Source of the DNA: Acidimicrobiales bacterium
Lineage (GTDB): Bacteria; Actinomycetota; Acidimicrobiia; Acidimicrobiales; CAIXPF01
Direction of reading: 5' to 3'
NCBI GenBank assembly: GCA_038255145.1
Contig: JBBSLP010000010.1
Span: forward strand, 35,129 to 99,128
DNA length: 64,000 nt
This document shows, one piece after another, positions 43,997 through 57,866 of this stretch. The position numbers and the translations under genes were made by a program. Every line of letters starts with the position of its first letter. The first letter of the stretch is position 1. The notes beneath the pieces were generated by a model. The model made no database searches, had not been told where the DNA came from, and was given only the letters and a program-made list of their open reading frames with translations.

Positions 43997-44002
43997 TAGA
44001 CT
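43997..44002 (+). promoter_or_regulatory. candidate -10 hexamer (TAGACT) for a leaderless transcript
   Basis: Fits TANNNT, 6 nt upstream of ATG 44009. The whole divergent spacer is only 29 bp. Confidence 0.4.
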
Positions 44003-44008
44003 GCGGCC

Positions 44009-44308
44009 ATGTCCCGTGCCCTGATCGAGCGGCGGCTCACCGACGTCGCCACCCGTCTCAGGAAGCTGCGAGACGACCTCGGCGTCGCCGAGGAACAGCT
44101 CCGCCACTTCCTGTCAGACGAGGATGACACCCGCGTGCGGGCCATCGTGGCCGAGAACGGCCTGGCCGAACGGGAGCACCGGGGGGCCAAGCGGGCGGCC
44201 GAAGCCATGGCCCGCCACCGCGACCAGGTCCAGTCGGAGATCGCCAAGTTGGAGAAGACCCAGGACGACCTGCTCGACGAGATGCTCGCCGCAGGAGAGG
44301 GCCGTTGA
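44009..44308 (+). CDS. small (99 aa) coiled-coil protein, function unknown
   Basis: Heptad-like charged sequence with high GC3. Its stop overlaps the TTG start of the ANTAR regulator (TTGA). Confidence 0.5.
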   Translation: MSRALIERRLTDVATRLRKLRDDLGVAEEQLRHFLSDEDDTRVRAIVAENGLAEREHRGAKRAAEAMARHRDQVQSEIAKLEKTQDDLLDEMLAAGEGR

Positions 44309-44898
44309 CGCGCGTCGTCATCGCCGAGGACGAGGCCATCATCCGGCTCGACCTGCGGGAGACCCTCGAGGAGGAGGGCTACGAGGTCGTGGGGGACACG
44401 GGCCGGGGGGACGAGGCCGTCGAGTTGGCCCGCGCTCTGGCTCCCGACCTGGTCATCCTCGACATCAAGATGCCCGGCATCGACGGGCTCGAAGCCGCCC
44501 GGCGCATCACCGAGGAACGCCTGGCCGCCACCCTGATCCTCACTGCGTTCAGCCAGCGCGAGCTCATCACCCAGGCCCGGGACGCCGGGGCCCTGGCCTA
44601 CCTGGTCAAGCCGTTCCAGCGGGCCGACCTGGTGCCGGCCATCGAGGTGGCCCTGGGCCGCCACGCCGAGCTGCAGGCCCTGCACGAACAGGCCCGAACC
44701 CTGGAAGAGCGCCTCGAGACCCGCAAGGTGCTCGACCGGGCCAAGGGTCGGCTGATGGACGGCTTCAGCTTCACCGAGCAGGACGCCTTCCGCTTCATCC
44801 AGACCACGGCCATGCGTGAGCGGTCGACCATGGGTGGCGTGGCCCAGCGCATCATCGACGGCGAGCTCGTCCCCGGGTCGGACGCGTCCGAGGTCTGA
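44305..44898 (+). CDS. pdtaR: response regulator with ANTAR RNA-binding output domain (PdtaR-like)
   Basis: Receiver domain (VVIAEDE ... LVILDIKMPGIDG ... LVKP) plus ANTAR (LEERLETRKVLDRAKGRLM ... EQDAFRFIQTTAMRERSTM). Confidence 0.85.
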   Translation: MTRVVIAEDEAIIRLDLRETLEEEGYEVVGDTGRGDEAVELARALAPDLVILDIKMPGIDGLEAARRITEERLAATLILTAFSQRELITQARDAGALAYLVKPFQRADLVPAIEVALGRHAELQALHEQARTLEERLETRKVLDRAKGRLMDGFSFTEQDAFRFIQTTAMRERSTMGGVAQRIIDGELVPGSDASEV

Positions 44899-44962
44899 CC
44901 CGTAGGGTCTGACCCGTCGAGGTCTGATCTGGGCCCCGCCGGGGGCGGGTACGGCGCAGCGG

Positions 44963-44968
44963 TACTGT
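44963..44968 (+). promoter_or_regulatory. candidate -10 hexamer (TACTGT) for leaderless polA
   Basis: Fits TANNNT, 7 nt upstream of GTG 44976. Confidence 0.35.
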
Positions 44969-44975
44969 CGGCGGC

Positions 44976-47666
44976 GTGCCGGGGTTGATGCTCATCGACG
45001 GGAACTCGCTGACCTACCGGGCCTTCTTCGCCCTGCCGCCCGACATGGCGACGGCGTCCGGCCAGGTCACCAACGCGGTGTTCGGCTTCACGTCGATGCT
45101 GATCAACCTGCTGCGCGACCAGCGCCCCGACCAGGTCGTGGTGGCCTTCGACCGGCCCGAGCCCACGTTCCGCCACCACGCCCTCGACACCTACAAGGCC
45201 AACCGCACCGCGGCGCCCGACGTGCTCAAGCAGCAGGTGGGCCTGGTGCGCCAGGTCATCGAGACCCTGGGCATCCCCATCGTCGAGCTGGCCGGCTTCG
45301 AGGCCGACGACCTCATCGCCACCCTGGCCACCCAGGCTGCGGCCGAGGGCACCGACGTGCTCGTGGTCACCGGTGACCGCGACAGCTACCAGCTGGTGTC
45401 CGACCCCCACATCAAGGTCCTCTACAACCGGCGCGGCGTGTCCGACTACGCCCTCTACGACGAGGCCGGCATCGAGGAGCGCACCGGCGTGCACCCGTTG
45501 CGCTACCTGCACTACGCCGCGCTGCGGGGCGACACCTCGGACAACCTGCCCGGCGTGCCCGGGGTGGGGGAGAAGACGGCGGCCAAGCTGATCAACGCGT
45601 ACGAGGACATCGACGGCGTGTTCGCCAACCTCGACGCCCAGACGCCCAAGCTGCGCCAGAACCTGGCCGCCGCCGAGGCGTCGGTGCGCCAGAACGTCGA
45701 GCTCATGCGCCTGGTGCGCGACGTGCCCATGGACCTGCAGCCGGCCGAACTGGTCATGGCCGAGCGGGACATGGACGAGCTGCGCCGGCTGTTCGACTTC
45801 CTGGAGTTCCGCACCCTCATGGCTCGCCTCGAAGAGGCCCTGGCCCTGCTGGGCACGGGTGCCGCGCCGCCCGCGGCCGACCTGGGGGTGCTCGAAGCCG
45901 AGCTGCGGGTGCTGGAGAGCGCCGCCGAGGCCGTGGAGGTGCTGGGACAGCTGGCCGTCGTGCCCGGTCCCCTGGTGGTGGCCGGGGGCTGGCCCACCGG
46001 TCGGGTGCGCCTGCCCCTCGAAGGCGTGGCCCTGGTGATCGACCCCGCGGTCGGCGACGTGGCCTGGCTGCCCAGCAACCTGCTCGACGACGCCGCCGTG
46101 GTGACCGCGCTGTCGACCCTGGTGGGGGCAGGTGGACGACCGCTGGCCGGCCACGGGCTCAAGGCCCTGTTGCGCACCCTGCTCGACCGGGGCGTGCCCA
46201 TCGGTTCGCTGCACCTCGACACCAGCATCGCCGCCTACCTGCTCGACCCGGCCGAGTCCCGCTACGAGCTCGAGGAGCTGCTGCCCCGCCACGCCGGCCT
46301 CGAGTTGCCCGTCGACGAGCCCGAGGCCGCTGGCCAGCTGGCCTTCGACGGCGAAGGCGTGGGCATGGCCCGGCGCACGGCCCGCCTGGCCCTGGCCGCG
46401 GCCCGGTTGGTGGCCCCCCTCGAGGCCCAGCTCGACGAGCTCGGCCTCCGCACCCTCGACCAGGAGGTCGAGGTGCCCCTGGTCCTGGTCTTGGCCCACA
46501 TGGAGCACGCCGGCATCGCCGTTGACCGAGACGAGCTGGAACGGCTCAACCGGGACATGGGGGCCGAAGCGGCCGAGCTGACCAAGGCGGTGTGGGAGGC
46601 GGCCGGACACGAGTTCAACGTGAACTCCACGCTGCAGCTGCGCCAGGTCCTCTACGACGAGCTGGGCCTGGCCCCCCAGAAGAAGACGAAGACGGGCTAT
46701 TCGACCGATGCCGCCACCCTGGAGAAGCTCCAGGGCCAGCACCCCATCATCGATCACCTGCTGCGCTACCGCGAGGTGGAGAAGCTGCGCTCCACCTACG
46801 GCGACGGCCTGCTCAACGAGGTGGCGGCCGACGGGCGCATCCACGCCACCTTCCAGCAGACGGTGGCCCGCACCGGCCGACTCTCCTCCGAAGAGCCCAA
46901 CCTGCACAACATCCCGGTGCGCTCCGAGATGGGTCGGGCCTTCCGCAAGGCGTTCGTGGCCCCGCCCGGGCTCGAGCTGTGCGTGGCCGACTACAACCAG
47001 ATCGAGCTGCGCTGCATCGCCCACCTGGCCCGCGACCCCGGCCTGGTCGAGGCGTTCGAGACCCACCAGGACATCCACACCACCACTGCGGCCCGGGTCT
47101 TCGGCGTCGAGCCCGGTGACGTGACCATCGAGATGCGCTCCAAGGCCAAGATGGTGTCCTACGGCCTGGCCTACGGGATGGAGTCCTACGGCCTGGCTCA
47201 GCGCCTGAACATCCCCGTGGCCGAGGCCACCGCCATCCTCGACGCCTACTTCATCGCCTTCCCCGCGGTGCGGGCCTACATGGACCACACCGTGGTCGAG
47301 GCCCGCAAGAAGGGCTACACCGAGACCCTCTACGGCCGGCGCCGCTACATCCCCGAGTTGACCTCGTCGAACTGGCGCATCCGTCAGGCCGGTGAGCGCC
47401 AGGCCATGAACGCCGGCATCCAGGGTCTGGCCGCGGACATCTTCAAGGTGGCCCTCGTGCGCCTGGACGTGGCCCTGCGGGACCAGGGCCTCCACAGCCG
47501 GGTCGTGCTCCAGGTCCACGACGAGGTCATCCTCGAGGTCCCCGCCGACGAGCACGACGTGGCCGCCACCCTCGTGCCCCAGATCATGGGCGACGCCTTC
47601 GCTCTCGACGTCCCCCTCGAGGTCAACCTGGCCTTCGGCCCCACCTGGGCCGACGCCAAATCCTGA
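44976..47666 (+). CDS. polA: DNA polymerase I
   Basis: 896 aa. 5'-nuclease N-terminus LIDGNSLTYRAFFAL and polymerase motifs DYNQIELR, RSKAKMVSYGLAYG and QVHDEV. Confidence 0.95.
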   Translation: MPGLMLIDGNSLTYRAFFALPPDMATASGQVTNAVFGFTSMLINLLRDQRPDQVVVAFDRPEPTFRHHALDTYKANRTAAPDVLKQQVGLVRQVIETLGIPIVELAGFEADDLIATLATQAAAEGTDVLVVTGDRDSYQLVSDPHIKVLYNRRGVSDYALYDEAGIEERTGVHPLRYLHYAALRGDTSDNLPGVPGVGEKTAAKLINAYEDIDGVFANLDAQTPKLRQNLAAAEASVRQNVELMRLVRDVPMDLQPAELVMAERDMDELRRLFDFLEFRTLMARLEEALALLGTGAAPPAADLGVLEAELRVLESAAEAVEVLGQLAVVPGPLVVAGGWPTGRVRLPLEGVALVIDPAVGDVAWLPSNLLDDAAVVTALSTLVGAGGRPLAGHGLKALLRTLLDRGVPIGSLHLDTSIAAYLLDPAESRYELEELLPRHAGLELPVDEPEAAGQLAFDGEGVGMARRTARLALAAARLVAPLEAQLDELGLRTLDQEVEVPLVLVLAHMEHAGIAVDRDELERLNRDMGAEAAELTKAVWEAAGHEFNVNSTLQLRQVLYDELGLAPQKKTKTGYSTDAATLEKLQGQHPIIDHLLRYREVEKLRSTYGDGLLNEVAADGRIHATFQQTVARTGRLSSEEPNLHNIPVRSEMGRAFRKAFVAPPGLELCVADYNQIELRCIAHLARDPGLVEAFETHQDIHTTTAARVFGVEPGDVTIEMRSKAKMVSYGLAYGMESYGLAQRLNIPVAEATAILDAYFIAFPAVRAYMDHTVVEARKKGYTETLYGRRRYIPELTSSNWRIRQAGERQAMNAGIQGLAADIFKVALVRLDVALRDQGLHSRVVLQVHDEVILEVPADEHDVAATLVPQIMGDAFALDVPLEVNLAFGPTWADAKS

Positions 47667-47706
47667 CGGCTTCTCTCCCGTGACGGCTTCCCTCCCATGA
47701 CGGCGG
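47664..47706. repeat. 17-bp tandem repeat x2.5 starting at the polA stop codon
   Basis: tgacggcttctctcccg tgacggcttccctccca tgacggcgg. Confidence 0.7.
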
Positions 47707-47713
47707 GTCTAAC

Positions 47714-48529
47714 GTGACCGTACCGCCGGGTCCTCCGTCGCCGGCCCGTTGGTTCGAGCCCCTGGCCGATCACCTCGGCGCCGCCTACCTGCGCTACAGC
47801 TTCACCTACGGCACCGAGCAGGAGGCCACCTTCCTGGCCGGGGTGCTCGACCTGCAGCCGGGGGCCGTGGTGCTCGACGTGGGTTGCGGGCCCGGGCGCC
47901 ACGTGGCCGCCCTGGCCCGACGCGGGGCCCACGTGGTCGGCCTCGACCTGTCGGCCCGCTTCCTCGAGGTCGCCGCCCGCGGTGCGGGCCCCCTGGGCGA
48001 CCGCGGGGGTTCGGCCCGGTACGTGCGCGCCGATGCCGGCGCCCTGCCCCTGCGCCCCGGGTCCGTCGATGCCGTCGTCTCGCTGTGCCAGGGCGGCTTC
48101 GGCCTCATGGCCGGCCCCGGCGTGGCCGACGGGGGTGTCGGAGCTGACGGGTGGGGGGCATCGCCCCTGGCCGGTGACCCCGACGGCGACGTGCTCGTGC
48201 AGATGGCCCAGGCGGTGCGGCCCGGGGGCCACGTCGTGGTCTCGGCGTTCTCGTCCTACTTCCAGGTCCGCTACCTCGAGGACCACGACGCCTTCGACGC
48301 CACCCGTGGGGTGAACCACGAGCGCACCGAGATCCGCTCCGAGACGGGGCTGACCACGACGGCCGACCTGTGGACGTCGTGCTTCACCCCCCGTGAGCTG
48401 CGCTTGTTGGCCGAGCGGGCCGGGCTCGTGGTGCGCGCCACCTGGTCGGTGACGCCGGGGGACTACGCTCGGCGCCCTGCAGGCACCGACCACCCCGAGC
48501 TCCTCCTCGTGGCCGTGCGTCCCCTGTAG
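47714..48529 (+). CDS. class I SAM-dependent methyltransferase
   Basis: Motif I VLDVGCGPGRH and the motif post-I/II pattern. GTG start. Confidence 0.75.
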   Translation: MTVPPGPPSPARWFEPLADHLGAAYLRYSFTYGTEQEATFLAGVLDLQPGAVVLDVGCGPGRHVAALARRGAHVVGLDLSARFLEVAARGAGPLGDRGGSARYVRADAGALPLRPGSVDAVVSLCQGGFGLMAGPGVADGGVGADGWGASPLAGDPDGDVLVQMAQAVRPGGHVVVSAFSSYFQVRYLEDHDAFDATRGVNHERTEIRSETGLTTTADLWTSCFTPRELRLLAERAGLVVRATWSVTPGDYARRPAGTDHPELLLVAVRPL

Positions 48530-48686
48530 CGGCGGATGCTCCCCGGCCTCGGCGGGCCCTTGGCCCCGGGTGCTAGCCTGACCGCGTCACGGCTCCCGCC
48601 GTCACCCCGCCGCGTGGGAAGGCTGGAGGCCTCTCGGAGCGGGCCAGGACCGACCGATCGCACGACAAAGACAGGCTCATCAACCA

Positions 48687-50111
48687 GTGTCCGACAGCAT
48701 CTTCGGTACCTTCGACGATGAAGGCAACTACCACCCCCGCCAGGTCATCGAGAACGACCTCGCCGGGCAATCCCTGGACGACGCCTACGCCGCGACCATG
48801 GTGCAGGTCGAGGACGGCCAGATCGTCGCCGGGGTCGTCGTAAAAGTCGACCGCGACGAGGTGCTGCTCGACATCGGCTACAAGTCGGAAGGCGTGATCC
48901 CGTCGCGGGAGCTCTCCATCCGCAACGACGTCAACCCCGCCGAGGTCGTCTCGCTCGGCGACGACGTCGAGGCCATGGTCCTGCAGCGCGAGGACAAGGA
49001 CGGCCGCCTGATCCTGTCCAAGAAGCGCGCGCAGTACGAGCGTGCCTGGGGCGAGATCGAGCGCATCAAGGAGCAGGACGGGTACGTCAAGGGCCCGGTC
49101 ATCGAGGTCGTCAAGGGCGGCCTCATCCTCGACATCGGGCTCCGGGGCTTCCTCCCCGCCTCCCTGGTCGAGCTGCGCCGGGTGCGCGACCTGCAGCCCT
49201 ACGTGGGCAAGACGCTCGAAGCCAAGATCATCGAGCTCGACAAGAACCGCAACAACGTCGTCCTCTCCCGCCGGCTGTGGCTCGAGGAGACCCAGCGTGA
49301 GCAGCGCGAGGAGTTCCTCGCCAACCTCAAGCCCGGCGAGGTCCGCAAGGGCGTCGTGTCCTCGGTCGTCAACTTCGGCGCCTTCGTCGACCTCGGCGGC
49401 ATGGACGGGCTCATCCACGTGTCCGAGCTGTCGTGGAAGCACGTCGACCACCCCGGTTCCGTGGTGGCCGTGGGCGACGAGGTCACCGTGCAGGTCCTCG
49501 AGGTCGACCTCGACCGCGACCGCATCAGCCTCTCCCTCAAGGCCACCCAGCAGGACCCGTGGCAGGAGTTCGCCTCCAACCACCGGGTCGGGGAGCTCGT
49601 CTACGGGCGGGTCACCAAGCTGGTGCCCTTCGGTGCGTTCGTCCAGGTGGGCGACGGCATCGAGGGCCTGGTCCACATCTCGGAGATGTCGGCGCACCAC
49701 GTCGACCTGCCCGAGCAGGTCGTCACCCCCGGCGAGGAGCTGTGGGTGAAGATCATCGACCTCGACCTCGGTCGCCGCCGGATCAGCCTGTCCATCAAGC
49801 AGGCCGCCGAGGGTGGTCAGGTCGCCGCCGAGTACCAGGACGCCTTCGGCGCTCACATGTACGACACCGAGGGCAACTACATCGGCCCGTCGTACGAAGA
49901 GCTGACCGACGAAGAGAAGGCGGCCTGGGCCGAGTACTACGAGCAGCACCCCGAGTACGCCGAGGGCTACGAGTACGCCGAAGGCGAACAGCCCCCTGCT
50001 GACGGGGAGGCCGCTCCGGCCGACGGTGCCGAGGCCCCCGAGGGTGAGGATGGTGTCGAGCTCGACGTCGTCACCGCCAGCGCCGGTGCCGAGGAGCCAG
50101 CCGAGGGCTGA
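48687..50111 (+). CDS. rpsA: 30S ribosomal protein S1
   Basis: 474 aa with four S1 OB-fold repeats (GQIVAGVVVKVD, GPVIEVVKGG, GVVSSVVNFGAFVDLGG, GRVTKLVPFGAFVQV) and an acidic C-terminus. Confidence 0.95.
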   Translation: MSDSIFGTFDDEGNYHPRQVIENDLAGQSLDDAYAATMVQVEDGQIVAGVVVKVDRDEVLLDIGYKSEGVIPSRELSIRNDVNPAEVVSLGDDVEAMVLQREDKDGRLILSKKRAQYERAWGEIERIKEQDGYVKGPVIEVVKGGLILDIGLRGFLPASLVELRRVRDLQPYVGKTLEAKIIELDKNRNNVVLSRRLWLEETQREQREEFLANLKPGEVRKGVVSSVVNFGAFVDLGGMDGLIHVSELSWKHVDHPGSVVAVGDEVTVQVLEVDLDRDRISLSLKATQQDPWQEFASNHRVGELVYGRVTKLVPFGAFVQVGDGIEGLVHISEMSAHHVDLPEQVVTPGEELWVKIIDLDLGRRRISLSIKQAAEGGQVAAEYQDAFGAHMYDTEGNYIGPSYEELTDEEKAAWAEYYEQHPEYAEGYEYAEGEQPPADGEAAPADGAEAPEGEDGVELDVVTASAGAEEPAEG

Positions 50112-50146
50112 ACGCGTGGGTGACGGCCCCGCCTGTGGTGGGAACG

Positions 50147-50178
50147 AGAAGAGCCGACCCCTCGGGGCCGGCTCTTCT
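50147..50178. terminator. stem-loop terminator between convergent rpsA and the response regulator gene
   Basis: AGAAGAGCCGACCCC-tc-GGGGCCGGCTCTTCT, a 15-bp stem with one mismatch. Confidence 0.65.
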
Positions 50179-50219
50179 GCATCACGGACCCGGGGCCGGT
50201 GCGAGGGCGGGGTCGGATC

Positions 50220-50897
50220 TCAATCGCGCGGCTTGCCTCGACGCTCGAGCTTGATCAGGCCCATGCGCACGGCCAGCAGCACCGCTTCGGTGCGGTCCCG
50301 CACGTTCAGCTTCTGGTAGATCGACGTCAGGTGGTTCTTGACCGTCTTCTGGCTGATGCCCAGGGTCCGGGCCACCTCGACGGTGGAGCGGCCGTTGGCG
50401 AACAACTGCATGACCTCGGACTCACGCCGGGTCAGGCTGGGCTCGGGCGGAGCGTTCTCGCCGAAGTAGCGGTCGAACTTGGCCGGCCGGTAGGCCGGGC
50501 GGTTCACGGTGGGACGGGCCGTCAGCATGGTCTCGCCCCGGGCCAGGGCCCGTACGGCGTCGGAGATCTCTCCCGAACCGGCCATCTTGGACATGTAGGC
50601 CATGGCCCCCGCCTTCTGGGCGGCGTCGCGCATGGCCTCGTCGTCGTGGGCGGTCAGGACCAGGACACGGGACTGGGGACGTTGGCGCAGGATGCGGCGC
50701 GTGGCCTCGATCCCGTCCAGCTCGGGCATGCCGATGTCCATGACGACCACGTCGGGTCGGTGTTCGAGGGCGAGGTCCACCGCGGCCTTGCCGTCCTCGG
50801 CTTCGGCCACGACGGTGAAGCCCTGGTTGGCGAAGCTCGACCGGAGCCCCTCACGGATGAGCGGGTGGTCGTCGGCGAGCAGTAGGCGCAGCGACAC
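50220..50897 (-). CDS. NarL/FixJ-family response regulator (LuxR-type HTH), orphan
   Basis: ORF 50220..51464 trimmed to GTG 50897 (AGGAGGGAG 5 nt upstream). Receiver LLLADDHPLIREGL ... VVVMDIGMPELDG. HTH LTRRESEVMQL ... ISQKTVKNHLTSIYQKL. Confidence 0.85.
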   Translation of the reverse strand: MSLRLLLADDHPLIREGLRSSFANQGFTVVAEAEDGKAAVDLALEHRPDVVVMDIGMPELDGIEATRRILRQRPQSRVLVLTAHDDEAMRDAAQKAGAMAYMSKMAGSGEISDAVRALARGETMLTARPTVNRPAYRPAKFDRYFGENAPPEPSLTRRESEVMQLFANGRSTVEVARTLGISQKTVKNHLTSIYQKLNVRDRTEAVLLAVRMGLIKLERRGKPRD

Positions 50898-51043
50898 CTT
50901 GCTCCCTCCTCGGTAGCGGCTCGTGCGTCCGTTGCACGTGCCTTGCGAGGACAGCATCGGCTCATGGTCCTGGGACCATGAGCGCGGATGGCCTGGTTGT
51001 CGCACTGCTGTAGCCCCAGATCCCCAAACTGGGTGAGGTTGGG

Positions 51044-51049
51044 TATCCT
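51044..51049 (+). promoter_or_regulatory. candidate -10 hexamer (TATCCT) for leaderless coaE
   Basis: Fits TANNNT, 8 nt upstream of GTG 51058. Confidence 0.35.
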
Positions 51050-51057
51050 CCCGGCCC

Positions 51058-51708
51058 GTGCGACTCTTGGCGTTGACCGGTGGCATCGGTTCGGGCAAGT
51101 CCTCGGTGTCCTCCCGCATGGTGGCCCGGGGGGTGGTGATCGTCGATGCCGACCTCATCGCCCGCCAGCTCCAGCAGCCCGGGGGGACCGTGTTCCTGGC
51201 CATGGTCGACCGGTGGGGGCCGGGCATCGTCCGTGACGACGGCACCCTCAACCGCCAGGCCGTGGCCGACATCGCCTTCAACGACGCCGACGAGCTCAAG
51301 GTGTTGAACAAGTTGGTGCAGCCGGCCGTGCGTCGGGAGATGGCCCGCCAGGCCCAGGAGCTGGGTGACTCGGGCAAGGTCGTGTTCATGGACACGCCGT
51401 TGCTGGCCGAGTCCAAGCGTCCGCCCAAGCCCGGCCAGTACTCGGGAATCATCGTGGTCGACACCCCCCTCGACGTGGCCGTGGCCCGCCTGGTCAGCTA
51501 CCGGGGCTTCCCCGAGGCCGACGCCTGGGCCCGGGTCGCCGCCCAGGCCACCCGGGAGCAGCGGGTGGCCATCGCCGACTTCGTGGTCGACAACAGCGGC
51601 GACGAGGCCCACCTCGACGCCGAGGTCGACCGTCTGTGGGACTGGCTCCAGACCGTCCCCGAGGTCCCCGCCCCCGTCGTCGATCCCGACCCCCACGCCT
51701 ACGACTGA
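51058..51708 (+). CDS. coaE: dephospho-CoA kinase
   Basis: P-loop [11 protein letters not shown]. Motifs DADLIAR and PLLAES. Confidence 0.9.
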   Translation: MRLLALTGGIGSGKSSVSSRMVARGVVIVDADLIARQLQQPGGTVFLAMVDRWGPGIVRDDGTLNRQAVADIAFNDADELKVLNKLVQPAVRREMARQAQELGDSGKVVFMDTPLLAESKRPPKPGQYSGIIVVDTPLDVAVARLVSYRGFPEADAWARVAAQATREQRVAIADFVVDNSGDEAHLDAEVDRLWDWLQTVPEVPAPVVDPDPHAYD

Positions 51709-51715
51709 GACATTT

Positions 51716-51778
51716 CCCGGCTGGGGCCCCAACCCCATCCTCCTCCGCAAGATGGGGCCCCTACCCCATCGCGGCCGT
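51716..51778. repeat. 63-nt GC-rich double-hairpin intergenic element, copy 2 (inverted relative to 1683..1744)
   Basis: cccggctggggccccaaccccatcctcctccgcaagatggggcccctaccccatcgcggccgt. About 92% identical to the reverse complement of copy 1. Confidence 0.8.
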
Positions 51779-51822
51779 CGCGCCTCCGACACGTCCCGGG
51801 GGCGGGCCACGACCCCCTTCAG

Positions 51823-51844
51823 TGTCACACCCCATCGGTACCAT
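51823..51844 (+). promoter_or_regulatory. RecA-independent DNA-damage promoter-like motif (TGTCA-cac-N8-TACCAT) upstream of uvrB
   Basis: Matches the spacing of the mycobacterial tTGTCRgtg-N8-TAnnnT motif as I recall it. TACCAT ends 7 nt before GTG 51852, consistent with a leaderless uvrB. Confidence 0.35.
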
Positions 51845-51851
51845 CGCGGGC

Positions 51852-56815
<4,964 letters not shown>

Positions 56816-56816
56816 A

Positions 56817-57821
56817 GTGATGATTCGTCACCCTGGGTACGGACTGGCCATGCGGAGCGCAAGGCGCCTGGCGGGCGCAGCGATGGTCCTGACCGTGGCG
56901 TTGGGCGCAGGAGGTTGCGCGGCTGACGCCGGGCTCAGCACCCCGCGGGCCTCCTCGGCGGCGGGGGAGCCTGGGCCCACCAGCACCCCGACGGTGGCCG
57001 AGCGCAGCACCGGCACCACCGCCGGCTCTGGGCGTCGGTCGACGACCACGACCCGGCCGTCCTCGACGACGGCCGCCCCGGCCACCACCGCCCCGGCCAC
57101 CACCGCCCCGGCCACCACCGCCCCGGCCACCACCGCGCCGTCCACCACCGCGCCGTCCACGACGGCCCCACCCCCCACGGCCCCGCCGACCACGGTGGTG
57201 CCGGTGCGCACCCAGCTGGCGCCAGGCGACGAGGGCGAGGACGTGCGGGCCCTGCAGGCCCGCCTGGGGGCTCTGCGCTTCTGGAACGGCGAGCCGGACG
57301 GTCGTTACGGCGGCCTCACCGAGCAGGCGGTGATGGCCTTCCAGAAGGTGCACGCCATGACCGTCGACGGCGTCGCCTCGCCCGACGTGCTGGCCAAGCT
57401 GGCCAACCCCCTCCCGCTGCTGGCCAGCCAGGCGGACCCCGACCACGTCGAGGTGGACAAGACCCGCCAGCTGCTGTGGGTGGTGCGGGGCGGTCAGGTG
57501 CAGTTCGTCCTCAACGCGTCGACCGGGTCAGGGGAGACCTTCTACAGCCCGGGCCGCTCCAGCGCCTCGGTGGCCGTGACCCCCAACGGCAGCTACCAGG
57601 TCTTCCGTGAGGTCGACGGACCCGACACCGGCCCCCTGGGCACCCTGTACCGGCCCAAGTACTTCAACAGCGGCATCGCCGTGCACGGCTACAGCTCGGT
57701 GCCGGCCCAGGCCGCCTCCCACGGCTGCGTGCGGGTCTCCAACCCGGCCATGGACATGCTCTGGGCCTCCGACCTGCTGCCCAGTGGCGCCCTCGTCATC
57801 GTCACCGGCGAAGGGCCCTAG
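56817..57821 (+). CDS. L,D-transpeptidase lipoprotein with PG-binding domain (PG_binding_1 + YkuD)
   Basis: Lipobox LGAGGC, a Pro/Thr/Ala linker, PG-binding motif GDEGEDVRALQARL and the YkuD catalytic motif SHGCVRV. ATG 56850 is an alternative start. Confidence 0.8.
   Translation: MMIRHPGYGLAMRSARRLAGAAMVLTVALGAGGCAADAGLSTPRASSAAGEPGPTSTPTVAERSTGTTAGSGRRSTTTTRPSSTTAAPATTAPATTAPATTAPATTAPSTTAPSTTAPPPTAPPTTVVPVRTQLAPGDEGEDVRALQARLGALRFWNGEPDGRYGGLTEQAVMAFQKVHAMTVDGVASPDVLAKLANPLPLLASQADPDHVEVDKTRQLLWVVRGGQVQFVLNASTGSGETFYSPGRSSASVAVTPNGSYQVFREVDGPDTGPLGTLYRPKYFNSGIAVHGYSSVPAQAASHGCVRVSNPAMDMLWASDLLPSGALVIVTGEGP
57075..57164. repeat. in-frame 15-bp tandem repeat x6 (encodes APATT x4, APSTT x2)
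   Basis: gccccggccaccacc x4, then gcgccgtccaccacc and gcgccgtccacgacg. Confidence 0.85.
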
Positions 57822-57866
57822 CCGGCCCGCTGAGCGTCGTACCCCAGCCCTACCATCGGGACCGGC

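Noticed and set aside
44598-47555. 985-aa ORF on the minus strand covering almost all of polA. Similar giant antisense ORFs occur at 21228..24386 (opposite trpE(G)), 12093..13673 (hisD), 53573..55399 (uvrA), 30628..32613 (the CoxL-like gene), 48573..49949 (rpsA) and 52296..53795 (uvrB).
   Set aside because: They lie exactly opposite genes with unmistakable conserved motifs. Their translations are Gly/Arg/Val/His/Asp-rich with no recognisable domains. Stop-free antisense frames are an expected artefact of very high GC. The only real part of 21228..24386 is its 3' end, which is ygfZ (23466..24386).
51716-51778. The double-hairpin repeat considered as a 6C sRNA or as an ANTAR (PdtaR) dual-hairpin target.
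   Set aside because: 6C RNA is normally single-copy with runs of at least 6 C in each loop. Here the C-strand loops are CCCCAA and CCCCUA, and there are two copies. ANTAR targets need hexaloops with A at position 1 and G at position 4. The loops here (UAGGGG/UUGGGG or CCCCUA/CCCCAA) do not fit. Only a covariance-model search can settle it.
57075-57164. Short tandem repeats (57075, 3903, 23089, 18834, 11166, 47664, 35291) considered as CRISPR-like arrays.
   Set aside because: The units are 6-17 bp and directly abutting, with no spacers. Most are in frame inside genes. No cas genes are present. They are simple micro- or minisatellites.
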